NCBI RefSeq assembly: GCF_001194135.2
Contig: NC_068983.1
Span: forward strand, 106,929,036-106,993,035
Source: Octopus bimaculoides
Lineage: Eukaryota
DNA length: 64,000 nucleotides
Direction: 5' to 3'
A model generated the notes under the pieces. It saw nothing but the letters and a program-made list of their open reading frames with translations. It made no database searches and was not told the origin of the DNA. Positions 38,976 through 50,080 of the stretch are shown piece by piece. The position numbers and the translations under genes are program-made. The first letter of the stretch is position 1, and the number at the start of each line of letters is the position of its first letter.

Positions 38976-39149
38976 GACATACATACACATACGTGTCACA
39001 TGTATGTATGTATGTATGTATGTATATATATGCATCTCTCTCTTCCTCTGTCACATTGTCTTTCTATCTTTCTCTCCCTCTCTCTCTCTCTCTATATATA
39101 TATATATTTGTGTGTGTGTGTGTGCGTGTGTGTGCGTGCATGTGTATAT

Positions 39150-39219
39150 GACGGATATTTGTCCTCATCTTGTTTGTTGTTAACACGTCTCGGCTGATAC
39201 ACCCTCCAGCCTTCACCAG
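39150..39219 (-). ncRNA. type I hammerhead motif with mutated core
   Basis: CTGGTGA-A-GGCTG-GAGGGTGTAT-CAGCC-GAGA-CG...CG-TC^; helix II 5 bp; helix III ACG/CGT; GUC triplet; two core A>G changes. Confidence 0.5.
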
Positions 39220-39273
39220 GTTCTTGGGGAAATTTCGAACCTGGGTTCTCATTCCTAAGGTATTTTTCAATCT

Positions 39274-39328
39274 TATTATTATTATTAATAATAATGATAA
39301 TAATAATGATAATAATAATGATAATAAA

Positions 39329-39399
<71 letters not shown>
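39274..39399. repeat. (TTA)n switching to (TAA)n microsatellite
   Basis: Strand switch at ~39286 coincides with the symmetry centre of the P4 inverted pair. Confidence 0.9.
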
Positions 39400-39401
<2 letters not shown>

Positions 39402-39453
39402 TTGAAAAATATTTTAGGAATGAGAACCCTGGCTCGAAATTTCCCCAAGACAC

Positions 39454-39497
39454 CTGATGAAGGCTTGGAGGGTATATCAGCCGGAATGTGTTAACAA
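39454..39497 (+). ncRNA. partial hammerhead motif (core mutated, truncated by gap)
   Basis: CTGATGA-A-GGCT..AGCC-GGAA-TG. Confidence 0.45.
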
Positions 39498-40037
39498 NNN
39501 NNNNNNNNNNNNNNNNNNNNNNNNNNNNNNNNNNNNNNNNNNNNNNNNNNNNNNNNNNNNNNNNNNNNNNNNNNNNNNNNNNNNNNNNNNNNNNNNNNNN
39601 NNNNNNNNNNNNNNNNNNNNNNNNNNNNNNNNNNNNNNNNNNNNNNNNNNNNNNNNNNNNNNNNNNNNNNNNNNNNNNNNNNNNNNNNNNNNNNNNNNNN
39701 NNNNNNNNNNNNNNNNNNNNNNNNNNNNNNNNNNNNNNNNNNNNNNNNNNNNNNNNNNNNNNNNNNNNNNNNNNNNNNNNNNNNNNNNNNNNNNNNNNNN
39801 NNNNNNNNNNNNNNNNNNNNNNNNNNNNNNNNNNNNNNNNNNNNNNNNNNNNNNNNNNNNNNNNNNNNNNNNNNNNNNNNNNNNNNNNNNNNNNNNNNNN
39901 NNNNNNNNNNNNNNNNNNNNNNNNNNNNNNNNNNNNNNNNNNNNNNNNNNNNNNNNNNNNNNNNNNNNNNNNNNNNNNNNNNNNNNNNNNNNNNNNNNNN
40001 NNNNNNNNNTATATATATATATATATATATATATATG

Positions 40038-40860
40038 CGAGATCTGATCAATAAGAATCTGGACTGTTGCCATAGTAACAAAGCTAAAGCATGCAGAGCA
40101 AAATTGCTTGACTGAGATTGACCTTGGACTCTGCTGTGCATGTGTACTGCGTTTTAATATTCTAGCTCACTTCCGCTGTTTATAGCAGTGCTTGGAAGGA
40201 ACGTGTGTAGTGTGTGGTCGTCGCTATACCTGCAGAAAGTGTATGAGAAGGGGTGTATGTGTGGTTCAGACATTTCCAAGATGGTTGAAAAATGTCAATA
40301 TTGACAAACCTTCTGGAAGATTCTCAACAAGCAGAACTGAGAAATACATCGCAAATGTGTGTGCAGCTGTGAGGGGAAATCATCGAATCACCATCCATGA
40401 ATTATTAGAGGATGTGCAGATTAGTTATGGTTCAGTTCAGTCCATTAACACTGAAGATTTGGGTATGAGATGCATGTCTGCTAAGTTTGTGCGAAAACTA
40501 CTTTCAGCTGACCAAAAAGACATTTGAGTTTCAGTTGCACAAGATCTCCTTGATTGTGTCAGGAATGATGAAAACATTTTAAAAACTTTGCATAGGCCTC
40601 TGAGCAGGTATTGCCAGGCTTTTGTCAAAATTTGATACAGATTCTCTACTCAACTTTCCCTGTCATGGTCAATGCGATGATCACACGCTACACACGTTCC
40701 TTCTAAACACTGCTGTAAATAGCAAAAGTGAACTAGAATGTTAAAACTTAGTGCACATGCACAGCAGAGTTCAAAGTCAATTTATGTTGAGTGGCTTTAC
40801 TCTGCACGCATTAGCTTTGTTACTATAGCAACAGTCCGGATACTTATTGAACAGGCCTCA
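40038..40860. mobile_element. mariner derivative made of two convergent 5' ends
   Basis: ~175-bp inverted ends (CGAGATCTGATCAATAAGAATCTGGACTG / CAGTCCGGATACTTATTGAACAGGCCTCA); + strand HTH region DKPSGRFSTS..RITIHELLEDVQISYGSVQSI..SAKFVRKLL; minus-strand N-terminus MTGKVE*RICIKF. Confidence 0.8.
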
Positions 40861-41084
40861 TATACATATAAAATAAATGTATGTATAGATGTATGCATGT
40901 ATAAATATGAATATGTGTATGCACGTATGCATGTATGCACATTTGTATTAATTATTGCTTGGAGTAATTTAAGTTTTACTTCTGTCGCATGTATTTGTTT
41001 AGCAACAGAAAAGATCTTGAAGAAAAATGGTCTGTGCCAAGGTGATTTGCTATTAACACACTGCATAAATGAAAGAAATATTGG

Positions 41085-41540
41085 TTTCAAATTTTGGCAC
41101 AAGGCCGGCAATTTCGGTGGGATAGGGGATGGGGATTAAGTCAGTTATATCAACCCCAGTGTTCAATTAGTACTTAATTTATCGACCTTGAAAGGATGAA
41201 AGGCAAAGTCGACCCTAGAGGACTTTAAATTCAAAATGTAAAGATGGTTGAAATGTCACTAAGCATTTCATCAGGCTTGCAAATGATTCTGCTAGCACAC
41301 TGCCTTACATAAAAGAAAAATTCCTTTTTACTCTAGGCATAATGCCCGAGATTTTTGGGGAGGGGGCCAGCTGATTAACTCGGTCCAGTATGCAACTGGT
41401 TCTTAATTTATCGACTCCGAAAGGATGAAAGGCAAAGTTGACCTCAGCGGAATTTGGACTCAGAATGTAAAGACAGACGAAATACCACTAAGCATTTCAC
41501 CAAGTATGCTAATGTTTCTGTCAGCTCACCGTCTTACATA
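41085..41540 (-). mobile_element. two tandem SINE-B copies
   Basis: AAAGGATGAAAGGCAAAGTYGACC core at ~41190 and ~41420. Confidence 0.75.
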
Positions 41541-41637
41541 AAAGAAATATTAAATGCAAACTAACGACATGCTCTCACTGAGTTAATTTTGTTTCTGCTG
41601 TTGCTATCACCATTATATACAGAGGTTATATAACCTG

Positions 41638-41790
41638 TGAAGTCACATAGCCTAATGGTTAGGGTGTTCCACTCACAGCTATAAGACTGTGGGTTCAATT
41701 CCTGGACTAGGTGGTGCATTGTTTCCTTGAGAAATATTTCCTTTCACATTGATCCAGTCTATTCAACTGTAATATGTACCTGAGTATCAG
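41638..41790 (+). mobile_element. SINE-C 5' part
   Basis: CACATAGCCTAATGGTTAGGGTG...GGGTTCAATTCC...TTTCCTTGAG. Confidence 0.6.
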
Positions 41791-42404
41791 TCAGGGTTTT
41801 GCAGTAGTTTTCTCTTCCTCCAGATGTAACATCACAGATATCCCACTGAGTCAAGAAAAAGAGGGCTGACAAAATATCTTTATCTACTCTTGATTACATG
41901 AGCGCTTAAAACAGTTAACAGACACATCGAACATAGTACCGAGCCATACTTGCACACGAGTGATGTTGGCCACATGGTACTGCATGAACTAACCTGGACG
42001 TCTCTATGTGGTCATAGAAATAGTAGCCAAATCTTTGTTAAATCACATCAACTTGTGTCAAGATAGAAAATGGACATATTAGATAATGTAATCATGAATA
42101 TGCATTAAAATGAGATGGTTATGCTTTTGATCATAGACATACTTGATAAAGGCTGACACAGAGAACTTAACAACAGCAACAGATGTATAGATATAACCTT
42201 AACAGTAGAGAGAATACAAGGTGTTCAGACTGTTGCACTACAATCTATATGGTTTATCACTGTATATTAGATTGTGTAGTATTGTTCTCTTTATGAAGTA
42301 GAGAGGAATGCTAAATCTGAAGCAACAGAAAAGTGTGTTAAATCTAAAATGGTGAATGGGTAGAGTCATAAAGGCACTGAATGGAATGCCTTGCAATATT
42401 TATT

Positions 42405-42615
42405 CTCTCTTTTTACTTGTTTCAGTCATTTGACTGCGGCCATGCTGGAGCACCACCTTTAGTTGAGAAAATCGACCCCAGGATTTATTCTTTGTAAGCC
42501 TAGTACTTATTCTATCGGTCTCTTTTTGCAGAACCGCTAAGTTACGGGGACGTAAACACACCAGTATCGGTTGTCAAGCAATGTTGGGGGGACAAACATA
42601 GACACAAACACACAC

Positions 42616-42647
<32 letters not shown>

Positions 42648-43123
42648 TACGGAGATGTACTTGCATAGCAAGTGACCTGATCTGAGATCGTGTGCTGGAA
42701 CGAAAACAATTGCAGCGTGGAAGGTAAAGCAACGAAAATATTTTGACAAATTAAATTTAAATGTTGAAGTGAATCTAACGGATTTTGTGTGTTATTTTAA
42801 ATGNNNNNNNNNNNNNNNNNNNNNNNNNNNNNNNNNNNNNNNNNNNNNNNNNNNNNNNNNNNNNNNNNNNNNNNNNNNNNNNNNNNNNNNNNNNNNNNNN
42901 NNNNNNNNNNNNNNNNNNNNNNNNNNNNNNNNNNNNNNNNNNNNNNNNNNNNNNNNNATATACATATATACGACGGGCTTCTTTCAGTTTCCGTCTACCA
43001 AATCTACTCACAAGGCTTTGGTCGGCCTGAGGCTATAGTAGAAGACACTTGCCCAAGGTGCCATGCAATGGGAATGAACCCGGAACCATGTGGTTGGTAA
43101 CCAAGCTACTTACCACACAGCCG
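42405..43123 (-). mobile_element. SINE-A copy with an insert and a gap in the internal microsatellite
   Basis: 3' half 42405-42610, foreign segment 42640-42803, gap, 5' half 42968-43123. Confidence 0.7.
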
Positions 43124-44324
43124 CTTCTGTGCCTAATGTTCTGAATTTCTGCACAAAACCCACCGATGTCAACTTTGTTTTTCCTTTTTTCATGGTCAAT
43201 AAAAACGTATCAATCCAATGACAATGGACTGGCAGAACAGTTAGAAGGTCAGAATAGACACTTTGTACTATCTGTTTTGTTTCTTTGTGTTCCGAGTTCA
43301 AATACTGCAATGGCCAACTTGGGTGGTAGACTCAATCCATTGCACAGTTTAATACCACTACCCTGCTCCTTGGATGCTTATAGCAGAGCACATTCTGTTG
43401 CAAGCATTTGGGCAAGATATGCAGTTTGAAGATGCCTTTTTCTCTCCCACCTGTTAGTCTGAGAGGCCTTGTAAAGGGTTGTGAACAATGATTTCTCTCC
43501 TGACTAAAAGAAAAATAGTTGGCCAACTAAGCTGCCTGCCAAAGGAGTTATACCATAACTCCAAAATGAAGGTCTTCAGGTGTGTCTCTGCAATTTAATA
43601 TGTTACAGGATAATTTTTATTCAGATACTACTGTTGTGAACTAAAGATTTATTCTAGACCTATAATTTCACCACTAATCGATAAAGAGATGGTGTAATAC
43701 CAGAATAATATTTCATAGCTAAACCAAAGAGCTACATCAGTTATTATTAATATCAACAGAATATATAGATACAACATCTGAATAAGAACAAAATCAACTT
43801 GTGAACTTATTAGTCAGGCAACAGAATCTTTTGGGGTGCAACATCTGTCTGGTTAAAGAAATGTTCTTGTAGCCAACGGTTTATTTAATAGATACTAAAC
43901 ATAAATATAATTATTTTCTCACAATAATTTTCTTTTTATAAGAGAGTTATTGATTTTTTTTAAAAAAACATCATTAATATTTATATTGTCTATTTTAGGG
44001 TGACAATTTTGCAGAAACATTAGAGTATCATATTAAGTGCTTTACGGTATTGAGCTTTGTTCTTCTGTAAACCGAGTTCAAAACCCATTGGGAATAACTT
44101 TGTGTTCACACCACTGACAATGTTAAATAAGTATTTGTATTATTTGGTATTGGATTCTCTTTAGCAACATCACCCTATAGAAAATTTGGTTTGGGGCTTA
44201 ATCAATTCAACAAAAGGAAATTAATATTTTATACATTTACTTTTCTGAAAGTTATATCTAAAAATATCTACTAGAGATACAATAACTGATAAACATTAGC
44301 ATCTTAGATCCTGAAACCAAAGTG

Positions 44325-44585
44325 CTACATGAAAAAGCATTGGTATAGGTGCTGGTTCCACATAAAAAGCACTAGTGATAGTGCCATGTAAAAAGCACCC
44401 AATACCCTCTGTAAAGTAGTTGGCATTAGGAAAGGCACCCAGCTGTAGAAACCAAGCCAAAACGGGCTATGGAACCTGGTGCGGCCCCTAGCCTTGCCAG
44501 TTCCTTTCAAATTGTCCAACCCATGCCAGCATCGAAAATGGACAACAAATGTCGATGATAATGATGATGATATGATGATGATGAT
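44325..44585 (+). mobile_element. RTE-type 3' end
   Basis: GTAAAAAGCACCC...GGCATTAGGAAAGGCACCCAGCTGTAGAAAC...CAACCCATGCCAGCAT...(GAT)n. Confidence 0.7.
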
Positions 44586-45975
44586 CTTACACTGTTTCTA
44601 AAATGAAAGCGTCCTTAATGTGGTATTAATTTTCCAATGTGTAGACATACATTAGTATTCTAATCCCACATTAAGGCTGATGCTATTTCTAAATATGTAA
44701 ACATCCTATATCATCTCAAAAAGAAGGCTATTTGGGAAGATTGGTAAAGATGTATTCATCAATACATGACAACCTCTAGTCCACATATATTGCCTCCTCT
44801 CTTTGTCTATCCTGATGCAACCACAACAACCTCTGATCCATCAAAATAACACAACATTCCACTGCTCTTTCATTGAAGTCCACCTTATACACCATTCCCT
44901 CCTTCTCTCGTTGCACATACTGCACTTCTCTCTTAGAATTTGCATTTAGCACTATAACTAATCCTGCCTTCACAAATCGTCAGTCCCCTTGAATTCCCTT
45001 CCCACCTATCTACAAACGTCATGGGCACTACTTTTCCATGCATAACTAAACAACAAAAATAAAAGCAAAAACAAAACAACAAAAACAAATTCACCATCAT
45101 TTATAAAACACTACATTCTATATGACCTTCAAACATTTCCATTGTGTACAGATTTCACTTTTTATCACATGGTAGCAAAGTATAATAAATCATATATCTA
45201 TTTACTTTGTCATACTGCGTCATGGTATTTAAGTCTTTTTGTACACACAGCAGTGTACATTTCCTGCCTAACGTAGGTACTTTTCAAACAAAACTAGCGT
45301 AGTCTGTATGATGCAAACTTAAAACTTACAGCAGGATATATTTCATAGTAACATCACAATCAGTTTCCTATTATTATATATCACTGGTATTTCTATCAAT
45401 ATGATGGGACACATAGAAATTGTTATCATACGCAAACATTAAATCTTAGAATACTACTTGAATGGTAATAGGAAGAATTCAGCTTTACTGGAAATTCCCT
45501 GCTGAATCAGGATAAAGTATGATTCATTTATATATACACAAAAAGTGTTATAAACTGGCTGTATAGTGATATATGCTGCATACAGAGTGTTATGAGCTGT
45601 CATTCTAATATAAAATTCCATACAAGTACAGGAAAAAAATGCTCAAGTCCTTTTCTGCTTGTTTCATGCTTTTGTTGTTGTGAGGCAGATGGGGACGGGG
45701 GTGACATCATGCATTTGTAATGTACTAAAAAATAATCGATACATGTTTTCTCTTCTATCTCAATGCTTTTTAAACCATGCTCTGTATCATTATTTTTTTT
45801 TATTTTTACAATTTTTAGAATACTATATTTAACTAAATTGTCTCAAGATATTGTTTTCCAAATAAAATGGGTAGTCAAATGTCGATTACCTTTGGACATA
45901 AATTAAAAACGATTTATGTGTATGTGTGTGTATTTGAGTATCAATACATATACATATACATATGCACATACATAC

Positions 45976-46023
<48 letters not shown>

Positions 46024-46411
46024 TGTAGGTGTTTGTGTGTTTATGTTTATATATACATACATACATATGTATATATATATGTATATATATGTATGCATAT
46101 ATATGCATATATATATGCATACATATATGTATATATGTATATATATATATATATATATANNNNNNNNNNNNNNNNNNNNNNNNNNNNNNNNNNNNNNNNN
46201 NNNNNNNNNNNNNNNNNNNNNNNNNNNNNNNNNNNNNNNNNNNNNNNNNNNNNNNNNNNNNNNNNNNNNNNNNNNNNNNNNNNNNNNNNNNNNNNNNNNN
46301 NNNNNNNNNNNNNNNNNNNNNNNNNNNNNNNNNNNNNNNNNNNNNNNNNNNNNNNNNNNNNNNNNNNNNNNNNNNNNNNNNNNNNNNNNNNNNNNNNNNN
46401 NNNNNNNNNNN

Positions 46412-46480
<69 letters not shown>

Positions 46481-46559
46481 TTTTATATTTGAATATAAAA
46501 CATATATCTTCATATTTGGCTGTAAAACAGAAGATAGAGTGTTGAGTACATGTGGTTAG

Positions 46560-46950
46560 TTTAGTTAGTCCATCCCTTACATATCAAGTGGCAGTTCTCC
46601 TCTGTTGTTTTCAATCTGCCTGAATGCCATATGACCTGTGGAGATCCCTATATTTCTCTTCTTCACTTGGTGACCATCTCAAGGCCGTTTTTGCACACCA
46701 ATGACCTGGTCGTTGTAGAACAGGACTAGTCAGTTACATACTTAGTTACACCACTGGATCATGGAGTATTCATGACAATGCACTTCAGCAGACTTCCATT
46801 TGACATGATCATAGTACAAAATTTTCTAGATTTTTCTTAAGTACATTTGGTGAAAGACATCCAACATTTTAAGATTTTCACGGTTTTCTTACATGTTTCA
46901 CTTGCATTTCAGTGGGTACTGATTTGGCCTCCAACCAGGCCTTTTGCAAT
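46560..46950 (-). mobile_element. RTE LINE ORF2 thumb/C-terminal relic
   Basis: ETCKKTVKILKMLDVFHQMYLRKI*KILYYDHV resembles RTE L.vFhqrcLRkIl.I.w.Dhv. Confidence 0.5.
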
Positions 46951-46969
46951 ATCCTTAAAGTCATAACTA

Positions 46970-47020
<51 letters not shown>

Positions 47021-47029
47021 ATATATAAT

Positions 47030-47400
47030 GTCATCATCATCATTATCATCATCATTTAACGTCCATTTTCCATGCTAGCATGGGTTGGATGGTTTGACAG
47101 AAGTTGACCTGCTGAAGAGCAGCTGAGGCTTCATGTCAATTTTGGCATGATTTCTATGGCTGAATGCTCTTCTTAACACCAACTGGGTGCTTTTATGCAG
47201 CACTGGCACAAGTGCATTTATGCGGTACTGGTACAAGAACTTTTTACATGGCACCAGTGCCTACAAGCCTGCAAGATTAGGAATACTCAGTTGGTGGGGG
47301 GGAGCAAGGACAAGCCTGTATGCAATGACAACCATGCTTTTACCTAACTTCACATGTCTTTTCAAGTGCAGCAAACTACCAGGAGTCTCTGTCTCCTGTC
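47030..47400 (-). mobile_element. RTE-type 3' end
   Basis: (CAT)n-TTTAACGTCCATTTTCCATGCTAGCATGGGTTGGATGGTTTGAC. Confidence 0.7.
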
Positions 47401-47410
47401 ATAAATTAGC

Positions 47411-47830
47411 TGGGGTTAAACTAGTAGTAACATTCGACAGTCACTTTGATTTGGTGACTGGATTTACTGTGTAGTATAGTTACTACTCTTGTCTCTTCAT
47501 GATATTTTACAACTAGCTATTTTGCTTGTTGCAAACCAGTGACCAATGGTCACTTTGTTTACATTGTATTGTTAATGTTATCAGACTCTGGCTATTGCTC
47601 TGGTGTACTGATGCTTGCAACTGGAGATGAGCCAAATAGCTTGAAACTGAGTCAGTCTTGTGATCCTAAAACCTGCTTAGAGGGTGGTAGTGGTTCACTC
47701 CCCCTGCTAACAATATATTGTATATAAAGGGTGCAGAGTTGCACCAATAACCAGCTGGCAGAGAATCAGCCTGGGGTTAAACTAATAGTAACATTCAACA
47801 GCCACTTTGATGTGGTGACTGACTTTACTA
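47411..47830 (+). repeat. ~360-bp unit with ~60-bp terminal direct repeat
   Basis: CTGGGGTTAAACTARTAGTAACATTCRACAGYCACTTTGAT at ~47411 and ~47771. Confidence 0.7.
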
Positions 47831-47935
47831 TATATATATATATTTGACAGGAAGGACAACAAAAGAAACAAAGAGACCTCGATATTATGCAAATAGAGGA
47901 ATTTATCTGTAAAAATATGTGACACTTATTCAGTA

Positions 47936-48005
47936 GCCATGATAAAACTCCGAGTTTCGGATACCAGGGTGGGAGCCCATGCCAACATCTCTTCAGTTAT
48001 CTGGC
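47936..48005 (-). ncRNA. type I hammerhead ribozyme (structurally complete)
   Basis: GCCAGATAA-CTGAAGA-GATGTTGGCATGGGCTCCCACCCTGGTATCC-GAAA-CTCGGAG-TT^TTATCATGGC; helix I 9 bp with one bulge; helix III ACTC-G-GAGT; GUU triplet; cut between 47946 and 47945. Confidence 0.8.
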
Positions 48006-48039
48006 CAATTGAAAATTTCCTGACAGGAATTTTCAATTG

Positions 48040-48101
48040 GCTAGAAAACTGAAGAGATGTTGGCGTGGGCTCCCACCCTGGTATCCGAAACTCGGAGTTT
48101 T
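48040..48101 (+). ncRNA. type I hammerhead ribozyme (3' strand of helix I lost in gap)
   Basis: GCTAGAAAA-CTGAAGA-GATG..TATCC-GAAA-CTCGGAG-TT^TT[N]; core intact. Confidence 0.7.
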
Positions 48102-48316
48102 NNNNNNNNNNNNNNNNNNNNNNNNNNNNNNNNNNNNNNNNNNNNNNNNNNNNNNNNNNNNNNNNNNNNNNNNNNNNNNNNNNNNNNNNNNNNNNNNNNN
48201 NNNNNNNNNNNNNNATATATATTTATTTATGTAAATATATAACTGTTGAACAATGAGAATGAATGCTCAAAGGTGCATTGGTGGATAAAATGGTAGCCTT
48301 AATACAAATAAAAAAT

Positions 48317-48353
<37 letters not shown>

Positions 48354-48354
48354 C

Positions 48355-48387
<33 letters not shown>

Positions 48388-48531
48388 CAAATACATACAC
48401 ATATCCAAATATCTATGTATATATATATATATATGTACACATGCACATATATTTATATGCATATACCCACATATGTATATGCATGCATACATACATGCAT
48501 ACATACAAACATACATACATACATGCATACA

Positions 48532-48562
<31 letters not shown>

Positions 48563-49447
48563 GTACATATACACATTCATATATATATATATATTGATTT
48601 AGAGACAAAAAGTGAAACTGTTCTGTATCATTTTAAAATAACTATTAAGATTGTTTAAAAATTTTTCTTTGTCCAATTCTTATTAAATAATCTATTTTCC
48701 AGAAATAGTTTCTAAATTAAAACAACAGTCTCCATGGACAAGGTATCCCCTAAGAAAAATGTATTTAAAATAGACACCTCACTGGAATAACAGCTTTCAT
48801 GAACAAGTTGTTGTTTCAGAAGAACAGTTTCCTAAAATATCATGTGGCTTGGAAATAGTCTCTATGGATAACCAGTATTTTGAATTATTTTTTCTTGAAT
48901 TAATGATCAGCTAAGAAATCCTTTGAATAAATTATGTTATATACTTCAAAACAGATAGATGCTGTTGGGAACAGCTTTAAACATTGATTATATCTCTTTT
49001 AGAAAATGCAAATATGTGTCTGCATGTATGTGTGTGTGTGTGTGTGCATGCGTGTGTGTGCATGTGCGTATGCATGCATGTGTGTGTATTTGCTTATTGC
49101 TTAGAAATAAGATAAAAACAGACATATTCATCATAACTGACGGAAATAAATTTTATTGTCAAAAAGAAATATAAGAAAGCTTACATTCGCAGAAAAATGT
49201 CAATCATTATTGTAATTATTTCTCTTGCTTTGGAACCATTTCAGTTTTGTACTATCCAAAAAATGATATTGGTAATTATTTTTTTGAACTAGGAGGGATA
49301 GAAGCAAAGTTCTTGAAATGATTTGACCTCAAAGCAAAGAAGCCTCAATCTAAGATACTAGAAAACTTACAAGCTTATTTGAGATTATCAATCATCTGCA
49401 CTTCATAATTAATGTTAACTGCTCAATCATTTCTTAAAATTTTAGTT

Positions 49448-50080
49448 AAAGGCTTTGTGGTAAGAAGCTTGCTTCCTAATCACATGGCTCCAGATTCAGT
49501 CCAACTGCATGGCACCTTAGGCAAGTATCTTCTGCTATAGCCTTGGGATGACCAAAGCCTTGTGAGAGGATTTGGTAGGTGGAAGCTAATCACTATCTTC
49601 TACACATACAGGATTGTCCTTTCAGGTGCTGGTGTTGTGTAAACACACCCATACTGGTGGCACATATAAAGTACCCAGCACACTCTATTAAGTGGTTGGC
49701 ATTAGGAAGGGTATCCAGCCATAGAGACCATGCCACAACAGACAGTTGGAGTCTGGACAGCTCCCTGCCAGCCAGCTTCGGGTCAAATTGTCCAACCCAT
49801 GCCAGTGTGGAAAGTGGACGTTAAATGATGATGATAATGACGTGTATGCATATGTGTGTGTTTGTGTGTGTGTTTGTCTTCTACCACTGTTTGACAACCA
49901 GTGTTGGAGTGTTTACATCTTCATAACTTAGTGGCTTGGCAAAAGAGACCAACAGAATAAGTACTAGGTTTAAAAGAAAAAAACAATAGTACTGGGCCTG
50001 GTTCACACAACTAAAACTCTTTAAGGTGGTTCCCCAGTATGGCCACAGTCTAATGTCTGAAACAAGTAAAAGATAAAAGA
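49448..50080 (+). mobile_element. SINE-A with an RTE-type 3' end nested in its linker
   Basis: SINE-A head 49448-49585; RTE tail ~49620-49840 ending GTTAAATGATGATG; SINE-A 3' half 49870-50080. Confidence 0.7.

Larger units (their letters stand above)
39148..39497. mobile_element. PLE-like terminal repeat (family P4): head-to-head inverted pair around (TTA)n/(TAA)n
   Basis: 39180-39275 is an inverted copy of 39397-39497; both carry CTG(A/G)TGAAGGC..GCCG(A/G)(A/G)A; the right copy is cut by a gap. Confidence 0.7.
47833..48101. mobile_element. PLE-like terminal repeat (family P5) with 5' fold-back
   Basis: Palindrome 47944-48101 centred on 48023 (TCCTG-A-CAGGA); the minus-strand copy continues through a U-rich tract into (TA)n. 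Confidence 0.7.

Noticed and set aside
39064-39494. Poly-L/I/N ORFs, and poly-H/T/Y/C/V ORFs throughout the window
   Set aside because: Translations of microsatellites
43544-43579. Hammerhead-like CTGAAGA plus hairpin GGAGTTAT-GGT-ATAACTCC (minus)
   Set aside because: No GAAA or helix III after the stem
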